Shown: piece after piece, positions 28,101-42,106 of the stretch
Numbering within the stretch: position 1 is the stretch's first letter
How the letters are laid out: each line of letters starts with the position of its first letter
Assembly (NCBI GenBank): GCA_030141605.1
Contig: JAQGDQ010000436.1
Span: 62,001 to 126,000, forward strand
Direction of reading: 5' to 3'
Length of the DNA: 64,000 nt
DNA from: Tubiluchus corallicola
Taxonomy: Eukaryota; Animalia; Priapulida
Position numbers and translations under genes: made by a program
The notes under the pieces: model-generated
The model's database searches: none
Told to the model about the DNA's origin: nothing
Seen by the model: only the letters and a program-made list of their open reading frames with translations

Positions 28101-31100
28101 ATAAACATTAAAATTTCTAATAGGAACTGAATGGTTCATTTACACAAGAACTTTAGATTAAAACTTTTCTATTGACATATCAGTATCGAAGTCTTTTGTA
28201 ATTTAAAAAAATACACTTATTGAACTTTAGCACAGATAATTATTGGATACATTTCTAGAATGGGGTACAAGTGGTCAGTGCTATTGCTGTTGTGGACAGT
28301 GTCACTGTTATTGTGGACACTGCAATAAAGCTCTTGGATAACTCACAAACACAAGGTAAAGGTTACGAAAGTCACAAAGCACATTCCCCTGGTAGAGCGA
28401 TTTATGTTTACATAAGACCCATTGCTTCCAAATCAAAAGTCAAAGAGTTGTCGCGGTTTGTTCTTCCTTTAAGCTGGAACTGTTTTTTCAGTTTTTGAAC
28501 TAAGTCTATGATTTTTGGTATGTGATTAAGTGAGTAGAGGTCTAGTGAATGGCTTGTATGGGCCACATGCACATGGAAGAATTTTCTACCTTGTGGCATA
28601 AACCAAAATTGGGGATCAGTTGCCCATATATCTGGGATATATGCTTCCAATGTTGAGTAACAGTGGCTAGTACTACACAAAATTAAAGGCCTCTATAAGA
28701 TGACCAGTTTGGAATCAAAACAGGATAAAAATGAAACTGGAGGTAAGGAATGGGTCCAAGCTATTTACTATAGTCTTGTATGTCAGTGCGAACATGACAG
28801 TGACAAGTGATGACTCATGCATAAATGTAGACATGATATTATCAAAGAACTAATAGGAAAGGTCACGGGACCAAGTCCTGACTGGTTCCACATTTTTCAT
28901 TTTTACACACATCACCCTTCTTCAACAAATTAGCAATTGTGTTAGTTGCATTGAATTACATACATGCTTGATTTTAAGTCCACTAAATTTTAGACAGTAG
29001 ACCTCCATACATACCTGATTCCAGTGTTGTCATCCTTGAGCTGTTTAGCGGCCTTGGCATATTCTGGAGCGAGGGCTTTACAATGACCACACCATGGGGC
29101 ATCTAAAAAGAAAGAAAAGATTCATAAGATAAAATTATGATATGACATGATTATGATATGATTATGATATGCATGACAAGAACCACAGTTTGTTTTCTAT
29201 TTTTTCCAACTACCATTATGATAACGCGAATGTTGCCCTTTAAAAAAAGGATTGAAATAACAAAAAATCGATTGGAAAATGGCAGTGCTGCTTTAGACAT
29301 AAGAGTATAACTAGACAAGATGCAGCTTATTGGAAAGCAGACCATCATGGTAGGTAATTGGAAAATTACATGACATAATGGATTGCATATTATCATGCAT
29401 TGAGTAACACCTTAAAAGCCTATAATAGAAAACCTGCATCAACCAGCATACACATGGCAGAGAATGCACCTGTGACTTGCATTAACTATATGGTTACTTG
29501 GCAGCACAATAACTTGACATGTGTACTATTAGTATACTGAATCAATATGAGCTAGTGTTCCTACCTGTAACAAATGACAGGCCTGATTACTGAATAGTTC
29601 TCAGTAATCTATACTGCTACCAGTAGTTTTATAAATTGGTTTAAGACATGCAATATGTATGAAAAACAGTTTGGTTAGCATAATTATAACACACAGTTAT
29701 AAATAACATAATAACAGACTCTCTAGAATTATTACCTCTAGGGCTCTACTATAGGTAAGAACTTTTGTTCCTGCTTAGATTTTTTACACAGGCTGGACCC
29801 ATCACTTAATGGCAGTGCCTGTTGAATCTAGATTACTGGTGGAACCAGAATATGTCTTTTTATCAAGGACAGCCTTCTGGCCAAACCAGCATTCATAAAA
29901 TTATGCAAGATACAAACTTGCACATCATCTGGTTAATCCTTTTATACTGACTACTAAAACCAAGATTTCTAACTGTGAGATAAATTACTGAATCTTTAGC
30001 ACCAGTCCAAAGTAAATCTATATTGCAATATTCGCTAATTCATCTGCTATGCTAATCTAACGACAACGGGTAAATATTTTAAGATATTTAATCACACGGT
30101 CTCTTTTTGGGAACTTACTCGGTGTCTTCGTCTTGCAAGTTCTGTTCATTTTACATTGAGCATTTCTAGATACAGCACAACTACTATGTTTAAGCAAATG
30201 AGCTTTAAAAAGTCTATTCTAATCCTGTATTCACATGTTCACTTATAACTCTAGAATGTCTACAAAAATAACATTCTACAATAGAATATAATTTTGATAT
30301 AATTGGCTTGTTCATTTTATTCGTGGGTGTTGTATTTTTAATTTTTGTGATTAGGAATCCGATTTAGTTCCGCAAACATCTGTCTGCCTTCCTATTGTGC
30401 AATTTAGGAACTAATGCCTCCCTAAATAGTCTTTTCTAGTGCAAATCGTGATATCCTGATTTAGACAAGCAGTGTAGACCATATGACAGTTTACAGCGCT
30501 AATGTTAGCACATGTGCGCGTAGCCGTGATCTAGACTTTTTTACTAAGCAAAAAATCAAAACAGTATTTTACTAAGTACTGCATTAATTCTTTTCATTTA
30601 ACAAAAATTACTAGTGCATTTTTGTTGGGAGACAATAAATTAGTGATTAGACAGTGATTAGACTGCAAATTATCTTTGAAAGGTAATACGTCTTTAGCTA
30701 GTTCTTTATTTTGGAAACTTGAAAAACAGGTTTGTGTGGGCCTAATAAACCCTGGGGCACACTAGAATAGCGAAATGAGTTCAACACCTCCTGCTTTTAC
30801 TTTCGAAAGGAAATCTATCATCTTCTAATTAACAATGAACTGTGGAGCGCAGAACTTACAAAACACTAATTGCACTAGCCTTATCACAATAATTGCTCTT
30901 GCATTTTGATTAGCGATCATTACTCGGCGTTTTAGTAATCGAACTACTCACAAAATATGACAAAATTAAATAAATCAGAATTTAGTTAGAGAACCCTTAT
31001 TTGGAAGCTGATATTGCCCATGTAATAGCGAGCAATTCAGAGCACATGACTTATCGCTATTTTGTATTTCTTTATAAATTTTTTTAGAGCATTCAACATT

Positions 31101-32304
31101 TTAATTTTAAATACTAAATTAGTAGTCCTGTCAAAAATTTGCCACTTTACATGCATCAACCCAATAGCATGCCTACCCCTAACAATGTGTCACTGACGCT
31201 CACTACTTGATAGGATAGGTTCTTTATCTAAACAACTTTTATTTTTGTGGCACGGTATGGAAAAAACTTGCTGTTTAGTAAAATTTTAGTGCATGTCTGA
31301 TAAAGTTTGCTTTTGTCTCAATATCCGATGGGAACAGAAACGCAGAAAATATGTGATCCATGATCATCACACTGAATAAAAGAGAAAAGGCACCATAAAT
31401 CACTGCATAACTTTTTAGTTTGCAATCTGTAGCAGCACAGAAAAAAGCACAAAACTCGTCAAAATGGTACTACTAATGGTACCAGATTATTTAGCAGAAA
31501 ACTGTTAATGTAGTGTTTGTGTTAGTTTTTAACTGTCCACGGGAATTTTTGCTAATTCTGTAATTGTTTCAATAACTTATCACTACATTTTTTCAGTGAA
31601 GTGTAAAAAACATGTTTCAAAGACACATGGAGCTGTGCCTGTGCTTACTGGAAAAGTGTGAATGTTGTAAAATTGGTCACACTGGACATACATTTACATG
31701 TTGCTGTGTCATCATGACTATTGCAATAGCTGAGTTCAGAAATATACTCTACCTCAAATATATTGTATGCAATTTAGGAAATTTATATTTGTAAGACTAT
31801 GTAAGTGCTTACCATAACAGTGAGCATGCTGTGACACTGGTTGTGTAACAAAACAGTTAATTACACGTAAATAATTCATCAAAAGTCAAGTTTTTACAGT
31901 GAATTCTAATTTTTAGCCTAATTTTAATCTCACTTTTTGACTAGATTTTGTGTTCAGCAAGGCAGGTGACAAGCTGAAACACTTAAAAGAAACGATTACT
32001 ATGATTTATAGTAAGCTAGATTTACTTTTTAGTTTTTACCAAGATTAACCACGTCGTTAAAGTAATTTGGGGTCTTTTCATTATAAGAGACGTACCACAC
32101 GATGACTAACTAAATTATTATTCTTACAGTTTTGCACAACAGTTACTGGAATCAGGCATACTTACAAAATTCAACCAGAACATTTCCATCCATTGTAGCC
32201 TCATCAAAATTTGATTCAGTCAATACCAAGACGTCGTCTTCTTCCTTGATATCAGCAGCAAATGCAGCCAAAAAGAAAACACAAAATGGTAAAATGAGTT
32301 TCAT
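19111..32304 (-). CDS. P4HB: Protein disulfide isomerase (PDIA1/P4HB type), 12 exons, about 505 aa
   Basis: Exons 32304-32166, 29102-29015, 28070-27961, 27660-27503, 26968-26855, 26338-26234, 25425-25300, 24741-24541, 22844-22724, 22186-22008, 20970-20878, 19194-19111. Signal peptide [17 protein letters not shown], two [11 protein letters not shown] active sites, a-b-b'-a' layout, acidic tail ending KKDEL-stop. Confidence 0.95.
23596..23715 (+). rRNA. 5S rRNA-derived sequence (SINE head, probably not a functional 5S gene)
   Basis: CTACAGCCAAATCACGTTGAAAACACTGGTTCTCGTCTGATCACCGAAGTTAAGC...GGATGGGTTACCGCCTAGGAATACCAGGTGCTGTAGGCTT; internal boxes A and C are present, with several CpG-type substitutions. 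Confidence 0.75.
23597..24145 (+). mobile_element. 5S rRNA-headed SINE with RTE-type body and tail, antisense in PDI intron 8
   Basis: Near full-length 5S sequence lacking an oligo-T terminator, about 430 bp of GC-rich body, a tail ...CTCCATTGTCTTCCGAGACAGAAGGATGCC(AAC)n, and a 10-bp TSD ACATAAACTA at 23587-23596 and 24146-24155. Confidence 0.85.
27107..27148. mobile_element. 42-bp minimal pogo/Tigger-like MITE
   Basis: TA|CAGTGTTCCCTC...GAGGGAACACTG|TA: essentially two TIRs joined, with a TA TSD. Confidence 0.6.
27768..27845. repeat. 37-bp tandem duplication in a PDI intron
   Basis: ACAGATAAGATCTCAATCAATTGA(A/G)TTAAAACTGACC twice. Confidence 0.85.
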
Positions 32305-32387
32305 TATGGAAGGAAAAATTCTTAATCCTCACAAGTGGACAAAGTATCAAACCACTCCAAAAAGCCAAAACCACACTCAGTAGATCA

Positions 32388-32452
32388 ACGTGGCAAAAAG
32401 GCCGGCGAGGAGACGCATGCCCAGTAACAATTTCGTGTTCCTCTCTTATTGG
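32388..32452 (-). promoter_or_regulatory. ER-stress elements in the PDI promoter (ERSE-like plus XBP1/ATF6-type site)
   Basis: CCAAT-AAGAGAGGA-ACACG at 32452-32434 (ERSE is CCAAT-N9-CCACG; one mismatch) and TGCCACGT at 32395-32388, within 150 bp of the ATG. Confidence 0.65.
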
Positions 32453-35400
32453 TTAGCTTGATTTCGGGCTTACTTGCGCGACTGATGCATTATGACAAAC
32501 AGTGCCTCAGCAAAGTTTGCAGCACTGAACAACATTAAGCAATGAGCGTTGGTGTCAGTCAGGGAGATTATTTAAGTCTATATTTTATGCTTTTTAATTA
32601 GCTATTTTTCTAGCTCTTTTTACAAATTTCATTGACATAACTATTAATGATTGTATGTTTCAGATGAAGATACATGTACTATGAACAGCGCATGCATAAT
32701 CGCTATTAATAGGTAACTGTGTTCAACGTCATACGGTACCGGAAATATACGGGAACCTCTTATCCCAGCGAATAATAAACCAACGGAACAACTGCCACTG
32801 TCCTCAATAGATGCTGCAAACACAAACCAATTTAAGAGCAAACCAGGACCAGAGACGAACGTGCAAATCTGGGTTATCTCTGCAATGATCGCACTGTTGT
32901 CGCTGAGTTTTAACATGCATCTATTTTCTATTGACTTTTATATTGAACTTTTCCACTTAGAAACCTCCCAAAAAAGCATTTAAAGTTTTTTGGAGGTAAT
33001 ATTGTGAGTGGTCTTTCCATGTCTAGTCTCTCATTGTAATAATAAAAAGTAATTTAATTTTGGTCTCTATTTTCATTTAAACAAAGGTGTATGCAAATGA
33101 TAATATTACATGCAATTCTGTTGCCTTTGGATAGCAGAAACGAAGATAGTCAGTGATAAAAAATTTTTTATCTGAAAATAGGCACCAGCAGGGCAGAATG
33201 TATGCAGTATAAAGTGGATGTGATATTCAGTTTAATATGCTGGGTGAGCAAAGAGCGAGGAAAAGACATGATTATCTTTTGTCAAGGTAATCTCTGCTAA
33301 ATAATGGTGCAGACCGTGTAGTAGTGTTATGGTATTTAAACGCTGTTACAATGAAGCCCAAATTAAATCACACTTACATAGGCCTACAGTAACTGTACAA
33401 TTAAAATAACATTGTCAATTGATACCAGCTTAAAGAACTGTCTTCGGAACATATAATATATCATCACTATAATGTTATAGTGATTCAGATTACGTAACAG
33501 AGCATCAGCTAGTCTGAAAAGACACAAATAAACTGTTCGTTTAGTAGATCAGCAGTTGCTAGTTGCAATCTAGTCTAGAAATTTACTTTAGTAGTTGCAA
33601 CTCATACTTGTGCAAGGAAATAATTCGATTTTTTTTAAATTTCTAATAGCTTTTTGCTCTTCTATATGGTCTTCAATGTCTCATAGCAAGCTGGTTTCAT
33701 TACAGTAAATAATTGCTGTTAACTTTACTAAAGTATTTAAACTTATAAAATCACAATTAAATTATATAACTGGCCCCAATTTATCCATAAGCTTGTACAA
33801 CTAATTACATTGATGACATTGTCTTTCTCAGACTCCTTTTTTTTCTTACAAAGAATTCCGCGTATAGACTACGGCATTATATAGTTCAGAACTGGACAAA
33901 CGCATGCAAAAGTGATCTGGCACCCGTTTTATTGCAGCAAAAAACATTAACAGTTGGAATGCCAATAATTACAGTACTCAGCGATTTATTGACAATTTAG
34001 CAATCATACAGCGCTCACCAGGTCACATAATTTATGCTTGAAAATATCTTAACTTGTACAAAAATATCAGGCGAAATTTAGCTCTGGTAATGAGTAGACA
34101 AATCTTAACATAAAATATCGAAACATTCATACAAAAACAGCATAATCAGATACAATGTATAAACTACAAAATTATAACAGTAACAGACTGCAGGCTTGCA
34201 TTCAATAGGTCACAAAAGACATGAATGCTTGAATGCTTATAAAAGAAAAAATTGATGATGATATAATTCACACGTCAGCACAGCCTAATAGAACAGTAAA
34301 GAAATGTATTCATCATAAGCAATGTGTGCCTATTACATTGTACAGTACCAAAATAATTACAAAAAATAAGTTGTTACAAAGGTAACGAAGGAGAAAGATG
34401 CAAGAAAAGAACCTGTGACAAAACGTACAAAACCAAGTAATTCAAATTAGATTAACTTTGTTAATTTAACAATAACTCATAACTGTTTTAGTAGGTGGCG
34501 ATACCGAAAATGCCTTATCATGATATACCTTGTAAGACATGTGATGCCACCTAGCAGCAAAAGGAGCACCGAAAAACGACATACACATGAAGCTGAGCAT
34601 GCCCATTAGAAACACTGTATAGTGCCGATAATTACACATTAATGAATATGTATATAAAAAAACTTATCTAGCAGAAAAATCAACAAACAATAAGCCTGTT
34701 GTTGTGCTTTACGTACAATATCTCTGAATGAGCATACACGAAGGACCAGGCATACAGGATTTTAAATGATTTTGCACAATACAATAGTGCATGACAGTTC
34801 AAATTCATCAAACAAAGAAAATAAATGCGTTACACAATTTCTTAAAAATATATATAATAAATCCAGCAACTCACATCCTGAAACAATGATTACTGGTACG
34901 CAGCAAACTTGCGAACAACGTGATATGTAGCAAGGGCGGAAGACCAAAATATCCATCACATACAATTAAGACAAAGAGCCGCATTGCAAGAGGACTATTT
35001 GAAGTAACATCTCAAACATCAGGAACAGTCGCAGATAGGTTATCATAAGTACAATAGAACACAAAGTTGAATAAGAGTTAATCTGAAAGAGTGTGAATCA
35101 CTGTAATGTGAAACAGGCAGAAATAAATGAAGCCATAGAATTGTGAAAAAATTAAACCGAGTCCAAAATGTCATTTAACTAACCACAACAAGCTGAAGAC
35201 ACTGACTTTTCAAAATTTGCAAGCAATATTGGAAATGAGTAACATATGGCTTAACTGAAACACAATGTACAGTTACGTCACAGTATTTCCAGTTATTATA
35301 AAACTTACAAAGAAAAACAAATGAGGCACTTAATAGCTAACAGCTGCTACATCTACTCTTACAAGCTTATTCCACAATTAAAACTAGGTGACGACTAAAA

Positions 35401-36919
35401 TATTTGTTGATTAATAGTCAAATTAAATTTGCGTTATGTGGATCCAAATTAAAGCAGTTTACTATTTCTACAGCATTTATAAACAAATTAAATGACGGAA
35501 AAAGTCTTCCCACATGCGGCAATAACATCATAAGCGATAATGATAATTAGTCACTGGGAAAAATCTACATGTAATGTAAACCATTGCTGGTATATTTATC
35601 ACAGTAAGCACTAAACCACATACATCCAAAGCAAAATTAGGATAATCAAAAATTCAGAGAATTTTGTAAAGTACTGCAAAACTAGTATATAGCTTGTACT
35701 GCTACAACAATCTATATTAACTGGTCTACAATTTAAAGCTGTGGCACATACCTTATTATGCTAGGTCTATGAAGAAGTTCATACTACATGTACAAGCTCA
35801 TCCTGAGTTTTGATAAATGTAATTTTCCACATTTTTCTTTCGTGGCTGCAAAGACAACATGTCTAGGAGTTGGACTGGATGTTTTTAAGCAATAAATCTC
35901 ATTGCTTTGATTTTTGGTTGAAGTCGCAAATTTTATTATGATGCTGACATGCAAAGTTATTGTGAGAAATGGAAAGAACACGTTAGACTGAAAGACTAAT
36001 GTCATTCTTATTACAGTTATTTTACTAAATCCAAACTCCTGTAAGCTGCTGGATACAGATAGCTGGTTTTAGATTCAAATTGTATCTCCAAAATAAGCAA
36101 GGATGTGTCAAATCTGAATTTTGAAAAATGGGCATTTCCACATATTTCCCTCACTTCCCTGTATTAATTTTGCAAGAGATTATACTGCTCAATTCTCTAA
36201 ACATGGCTTTTAGAATGCTGTAGCATCTTGCCATTTACGAATGAAATGTGGTCAATGCTATAGTGTTGTCTGTAGATGACGAAAATTCTGAAAACATAAC
36301 CTAATTTCGACAACAGACATCAGTGAATACAAGATGGCACTATCGCCGTGGAAAAAGCATTAATTTTAAAAATGTTGGTTTCTGCTGTGAATATTTTAAC
36401 ACTTGCCTGCATTGCATGGATGAAACAGAGAATAATTGGGCATTCAGGTTGATATTGTAGAGATGTTTTGATTTTAGTAAAATTATAAAAAGGACTCGCA
36501 GGTACCGCCAAAGAATTTTAAATGAATATTTAAACTTTTCTATTCTGAATTCCCGAGTTTTTCAATAAATTGTTCCGATTTTTAATGCACATGTGTGAGT
36601 AGCGGGCTGTTCTCTCTGACAAATCATTCCAATTCCGTAAACTACTACTGACACAAGAAATGTCCACGTTGTTGCATAATAAAGTCAGATTATTACAGCA
36701 GAAAAAGTTACACGTAATATTATATTTGCTAACAATTACAATAGTTAACGTTATTATTTGCCGATTCAAGGTCGGGCTGTTGGTACGACGTACATATCAC
36801 CTGGCAGAATCAATTAACTTACCTCAACAATAAAAAAACTTATTCAATAACAAACCTGCTTAGATAATCGGGAATAAAGCTTGAAATTTCTATATCTATA
36901 CAAAGTAAGATGACAACGG

Positions 36920-39900
36920 TCAGTTCCAATCCTTCTTGATGTCAAAGGCCCACTCCCATTTTAAATGTTCCGTTTTATCGTCGTCTATGAACATCGATTT
37001 TACAGTGTAACTACCGCGTGCCAACATTCCCGTGGGCGCTTCTTCGCTAGGCGTCTTGTATAACTGCAACTCCGGTTTGGGGCCGTAACTTCCGATCATG
37101 TAAGAATCCTTGTCCACTGTTAGACAAAACATGAGTTGATAAATTAAAAAGAAATGCTGTCATGACGCAAAACAAGAATGCTGTAAGTTTTTTTCAAACC
37201 TTTTTCAAACAAAGTTTTTTTCAAAAAAGTTAAACAGTTCATTTTGCACTTAGTATTATCATCAATAGTAATAATCACTAGGCAGGAAATAACTAGCGTT
37301 GCATGGCAAATCATATAGATTCAAATCCAATTCAAATACAGTCGAACCTTGTTATGTTAACCCCCCCCGTTATAACGCCAGCGTCGCCATCATGCCAACT
37401 TTTGCCGATTTACATAACATATTAACGTATGTGTTATGCCAAGTCTATTTTACATAATAAATTAACCCCGTTATAATGCCAGCCAAGATAAAGCACAAGG
37501 AATTCATGCTGAAAAGCAGCCATAACATTGTAAAAACAATGGTCTCTGATAAGAAAACAAGGTGATTAAATTAACATTTAGGTTTCTTAGCAATTGACTG
37601 TATGAAAGTGAATATTGAAGACTACAAGAGTTGCGTAACTAAGGTTTATTACTGAACTGATGTGAATTTAACAGCTATAAAAGCTGTTTGACTGAAGGTC
37701 AAGTTATAAGCGGTGGCTAATTGTAGTCTAACTATCCAGTAATATTACATGGGGAGCATGGGTAGACAGCATGGGTGCATATTTCTCTTATCAGCCGTAA
37801 TTAGCCAATATTTCACAAGATTCCTTCTCTACGTTGTGTTACCAAAAAGTTACCACTTTAGAACTACACCTGCACTGTTAATATACAATATATAACACAT
37901 GTATTGTTGTAGGTATAATAATATTTGACTGTTTTTATCACTTATTAAAATTAATTAGGAAATGAAATAGAGGTTACATAGTAGAATGGCTTTCGTATTA
38001 AAGAACCTCGCATTAACGCCAACCCCGGTCTGCCTGTAGATTATTCAAACTTATTGTATTGCTCCCATTGGGGTTAATAATGGGGTTACTGTATTGCTCC
38101 CATTGGGCATAATGCGGTTATTTTACTCGTTCAAAAATAATTTAAAGACAAATTTGCAATAATCACTGTGTGAAGGAAATTCAAGAAATGATAAAAGCTA
38201 AAAAATGCTACGGCATTTTAACGTATCCAATAAATATTTTTGTTTCTCAGCTAGTTTACAAGAACACAGAATTAGCCGAGAGTAAAGGGGAGTATTTTAG
38301 ATGTTTACATGGCAGTATCAATAATTAATACATCAGTAATGATGCAAAATGGTGGCAGTGGCAAGAAATGTATTACTGCTCTCATTTAACTGTTTTATCA
38401 GCAAGGAACCTAGTCTTATTATAAAAAACACCATGGCTTTATTTACATCTGTTATGCTTTGGCTTCAATTGCAAATCAAAGATGGAAGGAATTAAGCAAC
38501 TGAAAAAATAGGAATTTTAAACAATAGTTATATAAACAATAAGTTAGCAGTAGTAAAATAGTTTAATATTTACTATTAGTTAATATTAATAATTACTGTC
38601 AATTTTATTTTTTCAGCTTACTAATTCTCTTTGCCTGAAAATGATTTGCAATTTTTAATTTCTGAAAGCACATTAATTCATGTCTCATCCAAGGGATTAT
38701 GCTTGATAATGAGGAAGTTCCTGTACTGCCAAAAGCAATGACGTATCAATAGGACCTGCCATCAAGGGTTTTAACCAGCTTGCAGAGTGTTGGAGCGCAT
38801 AAAAATATGATAGCTGTTCACGAATGATTAGCACAAATTTTCATTCCATCATCACTATTGTCATCATCATAGTCATTACCATCATAAATTCATCATCATC
38901 ATCGTCATTACCATGAACATCTCTACGCATGTTACCTTTGATTCCTTTTCGGTACGTATGTTGCACGTATCTAAGCCCTGATACGATTTCTCTTTGTACA
39001 TAAAAATTAATCTGCATTTGGTAACTGATTCCTTCTTTTATCATAAACGGTTGATCCTTTAGCTTCGTAAGATCACCTGAAAATACAAAACATGTGAGTA
39101 AAAATACTACAAAGGCACAGAAAGTGCTCTGTGGAACTGTACAACCACCTTACCATAAAATTATTACAAAATGTTAGCACAGTAAACTTTTCCATAAATT
39201 CATGAAATGATTGTAAATAGTTACGGTAAAGACCGACTTTACCGACAGTCTCAGACAACAGTTGTGGTCGTTTTGCAGCTTACAAGAACGCTCAAAATAT
39301 GTTACAATGCTTTTTATAATTCAGCACAAAAGCATGTTCAACCAAGTTGATGACTCAATCCTACATGCCAAAAGCATGTAGGTGCAATAAAGAATGCCAA
39401 TAAAGAATAGGTGCAACTGTGATAAGGCTTCGGTAGTGTCCGAACAGTTCATGCAACTTTGGATGGTTGACTTATACATCTTTTGGAGTGTCTGGGTAGT
39501 CAGTATCTTGCAAGAATATATTTACCATAATTATAACCATAAGTATATAAAAGTATTGCAGATCCGAATTTTAAAAACATGAGACAAATGACCACTCCGT
39601 CCACTATATTTTTCCCAGCCTCAAAAGTATTTATCCAATTTGGTAAGACAAAACCTTGGTTCAAAACAAAAAATGTAGCAATTAATTAATTAAAAATCAA
39701 TTAGAGCTGTTTAATTAATTTTAAATTTCACACACAGATTCGATAATTTGCATGGCGATTATCATTTGTACAGTGAAAAGGTATATGTTGGACAGTTGGT
39801 GTAGAGGAACAAAACTAGAATTCAACAATAAACCTGCTGTTGTCATGGGAATTCCAACTTTTGTCTGTTTCTAGTTCTCTGTCATTGTTTCTTGGTAAGA

Positions 39901-41857
39901 TGCCAACCACAGCATCTTGCTCTTTGCTTACGACAAGCACACATAGTTAAAGTTTCCTAACTAACTACTTAAAAACAGCACTTGCAAACACAATTTGACA
40001 TACAGTTATCTTACTGATGCAAGAAAATCCATTTTCACGCAAAAATCTAGTCGAAATAAACAAAAGACTATCAAAGAGGATCAAAACAGAATGACTGTTT
40101 GTTCTCCCAGTTGGTAGCATGGCTGAACAAAACGAGTCTTAAACATAGTAATTAGCAATCAAGATAAGAAGAAAAAAGCAACTTACTCCCTGTAAGGTCT
40201 AACTCAACGTCTGGCCGCCCCTCCACTTTTAGTACCAAACTTTTTGGAATGACCTTCCTTGGATCATTTGGATCTGTAAGAATCATAACACAATAAAACA
40301 TTAATCAAAATTTACTCAAAAAAATACGCTCATTCTATAACTTCTACGTACCATAAACGATGTTCTCATTTATACCAACAGCCATCCAACATACTTCTTT
40401 ATAACTACAGATTAATTAACAATAGTTTATTACAACCACCTTTAATATCAAAACTTAAATGTCAACAATTTTAAAAATGAATTTGGAATAACGGTAGACA
40501 ACAGAAATAAGCAAAATATTTATGGAACATTTGCGGAAACAGCTGCACATTTTATATAAATAGAAAAACTTCGTATATTTGTAAAATTTGTACAACTGTG
40601 TAAACACTTTGTGCAACTATGTTCGGTCTGATATAATCTGAAACTCATTATGCAAACTCTGCCCACTGATGAAACCGTCAGGAATATGTCAATTATGCAA
40701 ATTTTTCATGCAAAAACTTGTTTGCATTATTACATCAGTGTAACCACTTGTATATCTCTATATATAAAAATATAGAGTCAATTGTACAGAGTTATTTTAG
40801 TCAAATGCCGGCAGTATTTATACACTTTTGCATAGTAGCGGTCCTTACAAGAAATTTCTGAGGCAATCAGGCGATTGATTTTACATTACCATGAGTCTAA
40901 TACACTGCACCTATTGTATTAGTGTAGTATCAGAAAATACGGACAATTGGCAAATTCGAACCGACGTCTCCCCGCTTTTGTCCAGCAAACCGAGATATGA
41001 GTGTATTACCTCATTTTAAATCAAGTCAAGTATCATAATCCTAAAATCAACTGTCAAGATTTTTATTTCTGACATTTCAAGCCCATAATTAGTTAAATTT
41101 TGATACCAAACTTGAAAGACAGGAAACTGAAACAGTTAGATGCAGTCTGGATTTGAACCCGCTGAACTACGCCACAGCGCTAGAAGATCCCTAGTTCAAA
41201 TCTAAACAGTAGCACCTACATGCACCTACTAAGTTCTAGTGAATAAATAAACTATTTATGCTGGTCAATACTACTGAATAATAAACACATAATAAACAAT
41301 TAATAAAAACCTTGAAATTTAAGATTAAAAACAATCAATTAGATTATTAAGCTTCTAGCTCAATTTATTTGTCATTTAAAAAAACAGCAAACAGTTGTGT
41401 GTTAGTCAGACCCACTTACACGCATTATACAGACTCAGAATTTTCCATGTTATTCATGTCTTTCCCCGCCAGAGGTCTCTGATATGCAAATAAGTGTTTT
41501 GACAATCTTTCCAATTAATATAAAAGTTTATTATCATTTCTATATCCTTAAAGTTTAGTGTGTCACTATTCTGTCATTAAAATGGTATTAAAACAAACAA
41601 GATAATAAAATGATTGCCATAAAACAATCAGGATACGGTACTTTAGCATTCAAACTTTGAAAAAACCAAGACAGATGGGTTTTTTTACCTATAATAGCAG
41701 CAACTCCAGAAGCACCATCTCCTAAAAGCGCCTTTTTGTATTTTTCAAGACTTTCGTCTTCTTTATCTTTTGCAAGAATCTCTTGCATGGAAGCCTCAGC
41801 TGGTGGCTTATAGTTGATATCTTCCTCTACGAGATCATCTTTATTATCATCGGCCAT
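36920..41857 (-). CDS. ARHGDIA: Rho GDP-dissociation inhibitor, 4 coding exons, about 197 aa
   Basis: Exons 41857-41689, 40273-40187, 39076-38936, 37116-36920. Motifs [64 protein letters not shown]. Likely the single invertebrate co-ortholog of ARHGDIA/B/G. Confidence 0.93.
37339..38091. mobile_element. Degenerate Tigger/pogo-like MITE in a RhoGDI intron
   Basis: TA|CAGTCGAACCTTGTTAT start and ...GGGGTTACTG|TA end; repeated internal CCCCGTTATAA(C/T)GCC motifs. Confidence 0.5.
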
Positions 41858-42106
41858 GATGAAATCTCTGAAAATATGTCTTTGGTCTGAATAAATGTGA
41901 GTAGTGAGTCAGTCTGTGAACAGAAGCCATTCTATAACAATACTTGCTGTCTGCAACCGACAAGCGCTGTGCCAGTGAGCTAACCCTTGATTTGCTTCAG
42001 TTGCCAGGCTATGTACACATTGTGTCACTATCAGTATAAACGTGTGTAAGGGATAACATGAAGTATTGAAATTTTTAACCTTTATCGAACAAATTTTGTA
42101 ACTTAA

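Noticed and set aside
41140-41210. tRNA gene (GTTCAAAT B-box-like motifs on both strands)
   Set aside because: No cloverleaf; probably a decayed repeat.
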